A stretch of DNA of 64,000 bases from Malacoraja senta (Eukaryota), in assembly GCA_038087875.1 (NCBI GenBank), contig CM075977.1, forward strand, positions 18,166,001-18,230,000. The letters run 5' to 3'. Made by a program: the position numbers and the translations under genes. Numbering within the stretch: position 1 is the first letter of the stretch; each line of letters opens with the position of its first letter. Below are positions 25,345 to 37,410 of this stretch, piece by piece. A model generated the notes under the pieces. It was given only the letters and a program-made list of their open reading frames with translations, was not told the origin of the DNA and made no database searches.

Positions 25345-27230
25345 TCAACAAATCCAAACGATCATATAATGGATGTTGTTCCCCTGTACAGGGAGCAGCA
25401 ATAAATTACTCTTTTTTGGGACTTTCATCAACATTTGTGTTGTTAATTCTAATATCAACGGATACCATGGCTGTGTAGGCCAATCTGGTACTACCAATAC
25501 CCTTGAAGCAGCATCTTGCCTGATTTTAAGCAAACATTGGCTTATGAGGCAGAAAGGTGGAAATATATATGAAAACATACCACCCCAATGTAGCGAGAAA
25601 GCATCAATCGCCACTGCTCCTGGATCTGGTTTCCATGAGACATATCTCGATAGCTGATGATTCAAGTCGATGTCGGTCATTCCAAATCTGATGACTATAT
25701 CATTGAATACCTCTTGATTCAACATCCATTCTTTATTATCATGGAACTTTTCGTGACTTGGTGTCTGCTATCGTTCATTCTACCTGGTAGATAGATAGCT
25801 GAAATCCAAATGTTCTTTTCAATACACCAAGCCCAAAGTTGATTAACCATTTTGTCACAAGACACCGACTTAATTCCATATCATTAATATAAACAACTAC
25901 TGTTGTGTTATCAATTTGAACTTGAACATGCTTATTAGTTGTGTTAGAACAATAAGCTTGGAGCCCATAGAAACATCCTAGAAGCTCCAAATAGTTAATT
26001 CCCCATGTCTGCAGTAACAATGACTCTTCCTGATTCCATCTGCCTCCTCAGCTAGACGTTAAGTCAGTTGCACCCCATCCTGGTGCACTGGCATCAGTTT
26101 GTAATATCATGGAAGGTTGTTCAATCAGCACTTTGCTGGAACTGCTTGAGACATGTAGAATCCACTACTGCAGACCTGAAACAGCATTTGTTGTTAGTTG
26201 CATGGTTCTATCAAAATGACCAACATGCATTCTCGGTGCCTGTTCTTTAAGTCTCTGCAGCTGTTGATAATGTAATGGTCCAAATTGGACTGCTGGGAAT
26301 GCTGCTACTAATTTTCCCAGTACACGAGCCACCTGTCTAATTGAAGGTTTTTGCTCGTTTAGGAGATTACTGCAATCTTTAATCAAATCCACCCTTTTCC
26401 CTGGGCAAAGTGATATTCATTTGGACTGAATCAATTGTGAACCCCAAATAATTAATAGAGGTACATGGTGTTAACCTAGATTTCTGTGAATGAATTAGAA
26501 ACCCCAACTTTTCAAAAGTTGATTTCACAACTGCAACAGATACTTCTGTTGACTGTTTTGTCTTTCCTATAATCAAGACATCATCCAAATATGCCATTAG
26601 TACATACCCCTGGCTACTCAGCAAGCCCAGAATTGGTTTTAACAATTTTTGTGAATATTCTGAGTGCAGATATTAACCCATTAGGCAGAGCTTTGAACTG
26701 CCACAACTGGTTCATCCATTTAAATTTAAGATACTTCCTATCTTGTGAATGAACAGACACTGAATAATATGCATCTTTCAAGTCTATAGTTGCCATATAA
26801 CATGCTTCTGAAATAAGCTGTTTGGCAGTCACAAATGTTTCCATTTTAAAATGTCTAAATTGCACAAAAGGATTCAGATTTATCAAATCTACAAGAATCC
26901 TACATCCTCCATCCTTTTTTGATCGAGGGAATATTTTTGACACAAATTGGTGACTTTGGTAGACTGATTTTTCAATAACCCCTTTTTTTATATAGGGTTT
27001 CAATTGCAACCTGAACCTCCATCACTTCTTTTTGTACAAAGTGCAGAGTTCGGCTAGGAACATGCTGAACAGGCAAATCATAATTTGGATTGAATTCAAT
27101 TCGAAATCCTTGTATATTATTAAGGATTACCACATCTGAAGTAATTTTCTTCCAGTTATTATAGAAGAAATGTAACCTGCCTCCAACTTTTGGACTTAAT
27201 CCAGTTAGTATGTTCCCATGAGAACCAGGT
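25345..27230 (-). pseudogene. DIRS pol: reverse transcriptase, RNase H and methyltransferase-like domain, frameshifted
   Basis: VGGRLHFF..W, KKDGGCRILVDL..LN, HFKMET, IDLKDAYY, QFKALPNGL, AYLDDVLI, LQTDASAPGWG, INYLELL, IDNTTVV, then DAFSLHW..YIFPPF..LVVPDWPTQPWYP. Confidence 0.9.
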
Positions 27231-28457
27231 CCACCTACCTCTTGAGTCATTTCAGTACCCTGAGATTCCTGGGTTCTCCCGGAAGCACGCCCACTGGTTC
27301 TTGCTCCCGCTGCAGGCCGCCAACTACGTCCCTGCGTTGATGAGCGACTTGGTCCAGGATCCGTATGACGTCTGAAAGGATACTTCCTCTTTACAGACTT
27401 CACAACCATTGATGTCTTCATCAATCCTGTTTTCGCTTCATCTTCCAACTCTTTAATACATCTCCCGAGATCTCTCCAAAGAGTAAGTTGGGTAATTTGT
27501 ATATTACTTGGTTTGCAGAGTGCTGCGAATTTCGGATTCATAGTAGACCGTATAGCACTTCTCGAAGTGGGTGCTGCATAGCAACCCCAGTGCTTGCTGA
27601 TGCAACTTCGTCATCTTTTGGTTGTTACCTGCTATTCTGGTAAAAGCAGTTATTCCAGAACCCAGCAGCTTTAATATTCTCTGCAACTGATTCCAGATAC
27701 TCTTGCAGTCTCATCCATTTCATGCTGTTCCAGCTAATGGTAAACCAAATAATTTATTAAGGAGGCCAGTTCTTCCTAATGGCTCTCCTGACCCTGACGG
27801 GGCAGCGAATCCTACTACCAGGGTTGGAACATCTGGCAGCTGCCTTTCATCGCCTTGTACAACCTCACCGTCAGAGTCGGGGTCTGAAATCTCATGACCC
27901 GTAGCACGCTCCTCATTCCTGAGGGTGCATTCCATCAGCCCTGAGCCAGGTGCTGTTAAGCTGCTCCTGCAGCTTGTATTACAGTACACTCCTTCCTGAG
28001 TGAACTTTTGCTCCAACAACCTATGAAAAAGGTTTCTATTTGGGCAATACGCTCGAAAGCAGTATCTAGCCCTGTACCAGGAGCTGTTTGAGCTGTTTCC
28101 AGCAGCTTGGCTTTCAGAACACTCCTCACTGAGTGAACGTTGCTCCAACAGCCTGTGTAAAAGGCTTTCTATTTGGGCAATACGCTCTAAAGCAGTATCT
28201 AGCCCTGGAGCTTCTTCATTGCCTGGGACTCCCTCCGTTGGGATTTAAACTTCGTCTTTTGCCCGACAGGCACTGACTGTGTTTTCACCAGCCCCAGGTC
28301 CACAGTCGCTATGCTCACCGCTGGCGACTGTACCGAGGTTTAGAGGCGGTTGGTCTCTAACCGCGGACTCCCGACTTTCCCGACTTCTGTCGGCTATGTC
28401 GCTCGCCTCTTCCCCCTGTCCGTTTTTTCCCATGGCGTCTGTGGAAAAAATCGCCAT
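27231..28457 (-). pseudogene. DIRS ORF1 (gag-like), frameshifted
   Basis: Lies between the 5' terminus and the RT, broken into several ORF pieces. Contains a duplicated helix-like segment (GLDTALERIAQIESLLHRLLEQ). Boundaries are approximate. Confidence 0.6.
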
Positions 28458-29437
28458 AGACCCACAGTAAACGCACCTGGAAAACCTGTAAAAAAGTTTT
28501 TACTTACCTTGTAGTTGAAAAACTACAAACCACTCGAGGAGCACTGCTCCTCACGTCCGTTTGCGTCAAGGCGTCTGACGTAATGACGCGCAGGCGCACT
28601 GACGGGCTTCTTCACGTAGTCACTCACGTGACTCCGAAGTAAAATTGGCTTGTGTGCTTGATTTCTGCTCAACTTTAAAATTATCTTAAATAGTCCAGGC
28701 TTTACTCTAAAATTCTGTCACTGATCTTTCATCCTGCCCTCATTGCATTCCCTGTTAAACATGAGAATTATTAAGTCTTTATGAAAGTCAGATACCTCAT
28801 TCATTTGCACGTACATAGTGAAATCTTTCCATTTACCTGGAACTTAGCACCAATGTTGGAAGTGCAAAAATGAGTTTGGTTGTTGATAAATCAAAACTAA
28901 TTCTCTTAGTTATGATTTAGGTTCAAATAATATTTGTCCCAGAACTTACAATGATGCAATCTCCTCCGTCATTTTGAAGGGAAACATTTGGCTCTTAGCA
29001 CTTTATTCATCTGAATGAAACATCTTGTTGAATCAATGTGACACTTCATGCTCTGATCCACTAATATTTTATATGCTTTCATCATACTGACGACACTATT
29101 ATACCATTGACAAACTGAAACTTACTGAAGTGTGCCTCCCATTCATTCCATCCTCTTAGATCCTAAAATTTCAACATTTCTAAAGATTAAAGTGGTGACA
29201 AACAACTTTGATGATGGCACAGAACCAATAGATCAGATGCCAGATTAAACTTTGCCTGATATTCAAATAAATGTCATCCCTTATATATTTTCATGGAGCA
29301 TCTTCAAAATTGGTAATGGATATTTAAGAAAATGAATAACATGATTTGTACATTTCAGAATCTGGAGAACAATTTTTGAAATTGCAATATTGGAACGTGC
29401 TATCATGCTCTTATTTTTATTTTATGATGTAGGCTTT

Positions 29438-29922
29438 ACAATAGACAATAGACAATAGACAATAGACAATAGGTGCAGGAGTAGGCCATTCGGCCCTTCG
29501 AACCAGCATCGCTATTTAATGTGATCATGGCTGATCATCCCCAATCAGTACCCCGTTCCTGCCTTCTCCCCAAATCCCCTGACTCCGCTATTTTTAAGAG
29601 CCCTATCTAGCTCTCTCTTGAAAGCATCCAGTGAACCTGCCTCCACTGCCCTCGTATCCGTTCTAAATGGCTTACTCCTTATTCTTAAACTGTTGCCCCT
29701 GGTTCTGGACTCCCCCAAAATCGGGAACATGTTTCCTGCCTCTAGCGTGTCCAAACCCTTAACAATCTTATATGTTTCAATGAGATCCCCTCTCATCCTT
29801 CTAAACTCCAGAGTGTACAAGCCCAGCTGCTCCATTCTCTCAGCATATGACAGTCCCGCTATCCCGGGAATTAACCTTGTAAACCTACGCTGCACTCCCT
29901 CAATAGCAAGAATGTCCTTCCT
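29438..29922 (-). mobile_element. CR1 3' fragment, young family
   Basis: RKDILAIEGVQRRFTRLIPG..RRMRGDLIETYKI peptide and (caataga)n tail. Confidence 0.9.
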
Positions 29923-30671
29923 CGTTTCTTTCATTGCATTAAGCACTGTTAGGTTGGGCATATGTTTGATGCTCTGTGAATGCTATCTGACTTTTAGATT
30001 CTTCATGGCATACCCTTAAAATGCTGCTATAAAATTAATATCCATAAACCCCAACATTGTATTTTCTGTTCCAGAACATGGAGTCTGTATTCTGTCTGAA
30101 GCGAGTGCTCTTTTAATATCATTGTTGACCTTTATATCAGCAGAAATGCATGGAGTATCCCCAGGCTGATTGCTGCTTTAATTTTCAGTAACATGAGATA
30201 TAAAGTTGGTTTGTTGTCATGCCAATTGTCATGCCAATAGTGTTTAAGGGTTTAGAATTATTTTGGAAGGTTTGGAGAGGACAAATTGAAGGAGCAGAAA
30301 TTGCACATGCACTTTGGCAACTGCACCATCTGCCTTTGATATTTGGAAATACAGATGATCATAGGCACCTTGCAGCTGCTTTAAATACTTGCACATAATC
30401 TAGACATTATTATTCTCAATGCTATCATGCTGATTTGGAAATTGGTGCAATAATTCTCGTCATGCGTTATAAGATAAACAGTGTGTCAATCTAATAGTCA
30501 AGAAAAAAGTACAAATTTGGGAAACAAATTTAGTAGGGGGTTTAGGTTGAAATTATAGTGTCTTCCAACATGTTTAAGAAGGAACTGCAGATGCTGGAAA
30601 AATTGAAGGTAGATAAAAATGCTGGAGAAACTCAGCAGGTGAGGCAGCATCTATGGAGCGAAGGGAAAGGT

Positions 30672-30699
30672 GACGTTTCAGGTCGAGACCCTTCTTCAG
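30672..30699 (-). ncRNA. Minimal hammerhead-ribozyme-like core in a Penelope pseudo-LTR
   Basis: CUGAAGA-A-GGGUC-UC-GACCU-GAAAC-GUC. Confidence 0.55.
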
Positions 30700-30842
30700 A
30701 CTGATGTGGGGGTGGGAAGAAGAAAGGAAGAGGCGGAGGCAGTGGGCTGTGGGAGAGCTAGGAATGTCAGAGGAAAGAGGGAGAAAGCTAGGACTACCTG
30801 AAATTGGAGGTCAATGTTCATACTGCTGGGATGTAAACTACC

Positions 30843-31133
30843 TGTAGATTGGTTATTGCATGTGAACCAATCATAATAGAAATAGCATCACTAACCACAC
30901 CTTACTGTATGATTCATACTAACACCCACTTCCTATACTGGTCAGTCTCTTTTGATTATGGATGAGAGTACTGGAGAGTGTCGTCGGCAGCTGTGTGTTC
31001 GACTAGGCGGCGCAATCGTTCCGTGGGAACGAAGTAAATGCTGAGAACTGTAAACTCGTTCCCGTTCATAGGGGTGTCGTTCGCTGGATGCCCATGGTGC
31101 ACGAGCGAGGGTGTCAGCAATGAGCATGTCTTT
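30843..31133 (-). mobile_element. Isolated Ty3/Gypsy pol fragment (RNase H end and linker)
   Basis: KDMLIADTLARAP and EHTAADDTLQ..LSSIIKRD resemble the Gypsy G(K).M.IAD.LSRA motif and the following helix. Flanked by duplicated actacc. Confidence 0.6.
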
Positions 31134-31328
31134 ACTACCCAAACAAAATATGAGTTGCTGCTCCTCCAATTTACGGTGGGCCTCACTCTGGCCATGGAGG
31201 AGGCCCAGGACAGAAAGGTCGGATTCGGAATGGGAGGGGGAGTTGAAGTGCTGAGCCACCGGGAGATCAGGTTGGTTATTGTAAACTGAGCGGAGGTGTT
31301 GGGCGAAGCGATCGCCAAGCCTGCGCTT

Positions 31329-31817
31329 CAAATCAAATCAAATCAAATCAAAAACGTTATTTGCCATTTGTGCTTACACACATAGGAACTCTTGTGCGGT
31401 TGTTCAGAGAGTCAAGTCAAGTCAAGTTAAAAAGACACACAGAAAGACACATAATCTATAAAACATATACTTCTCTAGAAATAAAAGGAAAGTGCCTAAA
31501 ACCCTATATGTTATGAGGTGGATCAGGACATCAGTTCATTTTGTTTTGGCCAAGAGTCTCACTGTGGCAGGGAAGAAGCTCTTGAAAAAGCGTGTTCTGT
31601 TTGTGGCGATGCTGTCCGCTCATCTGTGCCTGAGGTTGTATGTGCAGTTTTTGTGTTTGAGCAGGGAGTGAGCTGGATGTAGTGTGTCTCTAATGATTCT
31701 CTCTGCTCTTTTTTGACAGCGCTGTGTGTAGATTGTTTCCATGGAGGGAAGTTCCGTTCTGATAATCCTCTCTGCAGTCTTTATGACTCTTTGCAGAGCC
31801 TTCCTCTCTGTCTGTGT
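31329..31817 (-). mobile_element. Rex1/L2-type LINE 3' fragment nested in the Penelope endonuclease
   Basis: ERKALQRVIKTAERII..ELPS..IY..RC..RA..II.D..HPAH peptide and a (TTTGA)n tail. It splits YIGET from KRRL. Confidence 0.8.
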
Positions 31818-32496
31818 GGTCTCACCGATGTATAGCAGCTGACACCTAGAGCAGCGGATGCAACAGATGAGGTTGGAGGTGGTGCAGGTGAACGTCTGCC
31901 GCACCTGGAAAGACTGCGTTGGTCCTTGGAAGGAGTCAAGGGGGGAGGTAAAGCATCAAGTGTAGCATTTCCTGCGGTTGCAAGGGAAAGTACCCGGGGA
32001 GGGGGTGGTTTGGGTGGGAAGGGACGGATTGACCAAGGAGTTACGGAGGGAGCGGTCTCTGCGGTGTCTTCCAACATGGTTGTTCTTAAGATCAAGTCAC
32101 TGTTAAAGTGTTGAGTACAGAGATCATTTATACAATTTACCATACTGATATAGGGTTTTCCTTGACAGGCAGAATTATTGTTGAACCAAAAAAATGGGAA
32201 TGTGAACATCACACTCAATTTACTAGTTCACATCCTTGTTGGGGGAGGTTCAATCTCAGAAATTCAGGATTATGAATAGTACGTTGAAATATACAGCTCT
32301 AAATGTTTTCATACAGAATTGAGAACAAAATGATCCAAAACTGGAAAATTTCAATCTGGAAATAAATGTAAATTAAAATTAGAACTGAGGATAAATATTC
32401 AACAGAGAAGGATGTTGATCGTGAAGGATGGTGAGTTTAAAGTAGTCACAATCAGCAATCCAAATATCAGTTATCCATTCATCACTGTCAACGTAC

Positions 32497-32707
32497 CTTG
32501 TTTGATCGCAGTGACACCCTCCCTCCACACCGAGCACAGAATTTTGTTTGGCAATATGAACAGATGTGGCCACAGCCATCGGCAAACTTGGTTTTGTGAC
32601 AGATTCCACAGGTAGGTGCATCACTCTTCTGTTCCTCCTGTTGCTGTGCTTCATCACCCATCTTCTTTACCTGATCTTTATACATCTCAAACTGCTGGTG
32701 CAATTTC
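32497..32707 (-). CDS. RIMS2: RIMS2 (RIM2-alpha) internal coding exon: end of Rab3-binding helix plus N-terminal part of the zinc finger
   Basis: Translates (G)-KLHQQFEMYKDQVKKMGDEAQQQEEQKSDAPTCGICHKTKFADGCGHICSYCQTKFCARCGGRVSLRSNK, 211 bp. Acceptor ttttgtccttctgccacctgcAG and donor AAG|GTACGT. FEMYK..VKKMG, YCQTK and RSNK match RIM2 as I recall it, rather than RIM1 (FESYK..VRKIG, YCRTK, RSNN). Confidence 0.93.
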
Positions 32708-34165
32708 CTGCAGGTGGCAGAAGGACAAAATAAGTCATTTTGTACAAAGGAAATTAAATGGCATTTATCTGTATTTACAGCTCGCTTCTTATCTCCCCAG
32801 CTGCTTCCAGGAAGTTAGAGTGTTTCATAAGGCCCCATTTGCTGTCAGCCAAGTCTTAACACAACAGCACCAGAACAGCTCACATGCTTCCCATCAAAAA
32901 AATGACAAGGATCCCGTCAGGCTTGTGAGTCAGACAGAATTTAATAACTATTAAGTGTCAGTTCGATTTGAAATTCTTCACAAATGTGCCGTGGCCTTAG
33001 TTATTGCAACATTTCTCTGAACAGCAAAACAATTTATGTGCATAAGGGAATACCAAGGGACAAATAAAATGTAAACCTGTCTTGCCTTCATCTGATAACC
33101 TAAAATAATCTATTCTCTATTGCTTCACCCGTTAAGTTTGCAGAAAATACAGTGCTTGACATATACAGCTGGACATACCAGGGTGAACGTAAGCAAAATT
33201 ATTCTGCTTTCCAAAATGCTTTATTGCCCATAACACCTCAGCAGTGATGTTGTTGCCATTACCAATGATTTCAAAACAGTGCTTTCAAAATGTTAATTAA
33301 ACAGTCAACTTCTCATTATGAAGATGATGAGAATAAGGAGTTCATTCTGCTAGAGAAATACACAAAAAGCTGGAGTAACTCAGCAGGTCAGGCAGCATCT
33401 CTGTAGAAAAAGGATAGGTGACATTTCTGGTTGGGACCCTTCTTCTGTCTGATTGTAGTCGAGAGAGTGTGGGAAAGAAACTGGAAGCAAAGATACAAAA
33501 GAACAAATCAGGGCAGGCAACAGAAGACCTCAGCAAGGAGGTCCATGCTAGGCTGACTGGTGGCTCAGGACAGGTGTGCGCCCAAGATGAATACATCTCT
33601 ATCCCAGTCTGAATTGCAAGAGGGATTAATTCTGCCAGGTTTTGTAAAAAAAAAAACTGGGTTCATCCAGACTTGCTTCACTCAAAAATCTTCAGCTAAA
33701 CAACTGCAGCTTGTTAAAATGTGTTGCAAATGTAATCTTTTATATTGTAGGTTCAATGAACTGCAGATGCTGGTTTAGAAAACAAGACACAAAATGTTGG
33801 AGTAACTTAGCAGGTCAGGCAGCATCTCTGGTGAACATGATGACATTTTGGTTGGAATCCTTCTTCAGACTGATCGTCGTGTGGGCGGTGAGGGGAAGAA
33901 AGCTGGAAGAGAGGAGGGCCTGATAAGTGATAGGTGGATACATGTGAGGGGGTTATGATAAGAAGATGGCCAGAGATGAAATACAAAAAGTGTGAGATAA
34001 GAAAAGATGTGAATTGGAGGAAGGAATATCGGTGGAAGGAGAGAAATAGGGGCGTCCAGGTGGGGCATATGGAATGGGGGGGGGGGGGGGGGGGTTGCAA
34101 AAAGGGAATTGTTTTTAGGTTAGTCATATAAAATTGAAGAAATCAATGTTCATACATATATCAGT

Positions 34166-34192
34166 CTGAAGAGGGTCTCAACCCGAAATGTC
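34166..34192 (+). ncRNA. Hammerhead-like core variant
   Basis: CUGAAGA-GGGU-CUCA-ACCC-GAAA-UGUC, with canonical core spacing and a mutated stem III. Confidence 0.4.
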
Positions 34193-34893
34193 ACCCATTC
34201 CTTCTCTCCAGAAATGCTGCCATACCCTCTGATTTACTCCAGCATTTTGTGTCTACCTACACCAGTTAAACATGTGCGCACTGACAATGGATCAAATAAT
34301 ATTGTTGTTTTTTGCCATTATGCATTAAAACAAATGTCAGTTTAACTTGTTACATCTTTGACTATTAGCAGATTAAATCACATGAATTATGAAATTTGAA
34401 CCTGGATACTGTGCTGTATGGTCCTGGGATAATATGATATTCTTTTGCCTTTCTGCATGAACCCCTAATCTTTCCAACTTAATTCCCCCTTTCTTTCCAA
34501 TAAATTGCCAGTCCTCCTACCTCCATTTTAGCCAAATGTTCAAATCTCTCCACTTCCCCACCCTGTTTACATCATGCTCCTCCCAACCTTAGCTGCTTTC
34601 CTGATCTATCAACCCCAAATGCCGCGTTCCCGGAGTCTGTAACCAGTGACTCTACATCATGTATATACTCCTCAATCTTGCAGCAATTAAATTTTGAAGA
34701 GGTGATTTTCATTTTTTTATGTTGCATGTCCCATCTCCAAGCAGGACTGCAGCCTACTGCCTGCAATCTCCATTGCCCAGTCCACCATATATTCTTCACT
34801 TTGCCAATTGCTAGTTAAGGCTATCAGCAAGAAGTGGAAATTCGTCACCTTCATCAGCCTCTGGAAGCATGACAAAAACTGATAGTTCAGGCA

Positions 34894-35477
34894 CAATAGA
34901 CAATAGGTGCAGGAGTGGGCCATTCAGCCCTTTGAGCCAGCACCACCATTCAATGTGATCATGGCTGATCATCTACAATCAGTACCCCGTTCCTGCCTTT
35001 GCCCCATATCCCCTGACTCCGCTAACTTTAAGGGCCCTATCTAGCTCTCCTTTGAAAGTATCCAGTGAACCGGCCTCCACCGCCCTCTGAGGCAGAGAAT
35101 TCCACAGAATCACAACTCTCTGTGTGAAAAAGTGTTTCCTCATCTCCATTCTAAATGGCTTACCCCTTATTCTTAAACAGTGGTCCCTGGTTCTGGACTC
35201 CCCCAACATCGGGAACATGTTTCCTGCCTCCAGCGTGTCCAAACCCTTAATAATCTTATATGTATGTTTCAATAAGATCCCTTCTCATCCTTTTAAACTC
35301 CAGAGTATACAAGCCCAGCCATTCCATTCTCTCAGCATATGACAGTCCCGCCATCCCTGGAATTAACCTTGTAAACCTACGCTGCACTCCCTCAATAGCA
35401 ATAATGTCCTTCCTCAAATTAGGCGACCAAAACTGCACACAATGCTCCAGGTGTGGTCTCACTAGGGCCCTATATAA
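34894..35477 (-). mobile_element. CR1 3' fragment, same family as 29438
   Basis: RPHLEHCVQFWSP peptide and the same 3' UTR and tail. Confidence 0.9.
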
Positions 35478-36989
35478 GGCACACTGGAATGAAGATCAAA
35501 ACTTGGATTTTGAGTCATTCTGAATGTCATCAAATTTATATTAAGCTGTTTGCACCATGTTGGACATGCACCTGGGAATGGGCTGTAACCAATTTTAATA
35601 AAAATCCCTATATTTTTCCGCTAATTTGGAAAATTCAGAAATTCAATCACTGTCATATCTATTAAACCCACAATATAATAACGACTTGTGGATTATTCTC
35701 CAAGCACAATATTCAGGAATTCATTGGAACAAAGTTTCTGAAGCACAACCATTACAATATGGAGAAAATTCTGCTTAAATTAAAAATTTACAGACATTGC
35801 ATATTCCAGAATATTCGGCATCTCTCAAAATAATGTCCCTTCTCATTGATCTGCAGATTGTCCCGTGCACCCCTCTGCTCACCAACCTGCTCCCACATAA
35901 TCAGTCTCACTGTTCTGGATGTTTAGTTCAGAATGAGAGAGAGATGGTAGAGAAGCAACAGTGATGCTACAAGGGGGAAGTGTGTGGACGGTTCAGGGAT
36001 CAATGTATGGAAAAATCAGGGAGTGGTGGGGGGTGCAATGGACTGACTGCCAGCAAAGATTTCTGGGAATCAGTTTGACTTCCTGGTGAAGGGATGCCAA
36101 CGAGAGCTACTTCCAGCACTGGATTGGCATGCGTTTGGTCTCCACCTTCTCCAACCACCTTATGAGAACTGACCAAAGAAGCTACCCTCATTTCCACACT
36201 GGACCTTTCAGGTCGGGATCAGGATTCAGGACCTGAAACATAGCCTAACCATTCCCTCTCCAGATGTTGTTTGACCTGATGAGGTCCTCAGCACTGTGAT
36301 TTCAGCAACATTATTTCGTAGGTCTCAACATTATTATGACAAGATATACTGTAAATGTTTATAAAAAGGATAAACGGTTTAGCTGCTTTCCCCTCAAAAA
36401 TGAACAAGACTACAGACTTTGCAATTTACAGTAATTCCTGTGGTTATATATCACAGGACATACATAGAGCATCACATGCAAATTCAAAACTCTCATCTCA
36501 GTTGAAGCTTTAATTAAAGTAAAAAGAAAGAAGAGGGAAAAGACCAAAAAGAGTTTCTGATTTTAAATCCTGCACATCTGCGTGGTCAGGTTGCGGTAAG
36601 AGAGAGAGTGGTGCAACAACCTATGGCTCCTGTCAAATTATTTCATTACAGCAGCTAACCACCCCAGCACTAACTCTTGAATGAAATTTCTAATACAACA
36701 GAAATTCTTATCACGTGTACTGAGTGGACTTGAAATCTATGTATCTGCTATACTTGGATACAAGTAGATTCATCGTCATACAACACAGAAAAGGCCCATC
36801 CAGTCCAACTCATCCATGCCGACCGAGATGTCCATACATGCTAATCCCATTTGCCTACTTCAAGCCTGCCAAAACCTACTCCTTTGTAATGATCATATTT
36901 CAGGATATCACCATTCTCTTCCCTGAACTCACTAGTTTTCATGTCTTCTCCACAGTAAACACTGTAAAAAAAGTATTCATTTAAAACCT

Positions 36990-37410
36990 TGCTCCACGCA
37001 TAAATTAACACACTGCTTCTTAAGGGGACCTACTCTCCCTATGTGTTCTTTTTTGCTCAGTCAGAGTATTTTCTACAATGCATCTGTAATCATTTGTTGG
37101 AACATTCGGAGACTTACCAAATCTCTTTAACATTCTAAGGAAGTAGAAGTGCTGGCCCGCCTTCTTCATGATTGCATCTCTATGCTGGGCCCAAGACAGG
37201 TCAGAGAAGTTAATGCCCAGGAATTTGAAGCTGCTAACTCTCTCCACCACTGACCCATCAATGAAAGCCATCAATGCAGGTGGGCTGCCGACTTCCACTT
37301 TCTGAAGTCAATGATCTGTTCCTTGGCCTTATTGACATTGGGTGAGAAATAGTTGCTGTAATCACTCAACCAGCATTTCTATCTCTCTCTCCTGTACATT
37401 GACTCATCAT
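36990..37410 (-). mobile_element. Rex1/L2-type RT fragment
   Basis: VERVSSFKFLGI..DLSW..KKAGQ..YFLR.LKRFG. Confidence 0.75.

Larger units (their letters stand above)
23865..28644 (-). mobile_element. DIRS1-type tyrosine-recombinase retrotransposon, full length, coding-decayed
   Basis: Perfect 35-bp inverted repeat (23942-23976 vs 28584-28618). Internal complementary region at 24100-24213 matches both ends. Domain order gag, RT (YLDD), RNase H (TDAS..GWG), MT-like, YR (HSTR..GWS..FY). No TSD beyond a shared AAAA/TTTT. Confidence 0.95.
30573..32063 (-). mobile_element. Penelope-like retroelement, 5'-truncated, with two nested inserts
   Basis: GIY-YIG endonuclease FTCTTSNLICCIRCSRCQLLYIGET | KRRLGDRFAQH..PVAQHFN..H..LEEQQLIFCLGS, followed by a pseudo-LTR with a hammerhead-like core. 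Perfect 15-bp TSD gtgtcttccaacatg at 30558-30572 and 32064-32078. Confidence 0.9.

Noticed and set aside
24382-25725. Tyrosine recombinase plus methyltransferase as a phage or bacterial insertion
   Set aside because: Both are standard DIRS domains and lie within the DIRS termini next to RT and RNase H.
28478-28510. Strong donor (AAG|GTAAGT) followed by AG acceptors in the DIRS 5' leader
   Set aside because: The spacing of about 20-30 nt is too short for an intron, and no partner site can be assigned from sequence alone.
32488-32703. ORF-track 71-aa ORF as a standalone gene, or as RIMS1
   Set aside because: It is an internal exon bounded by splice sites at 32707 and 32497, and the diagnostic residues match RIM2.
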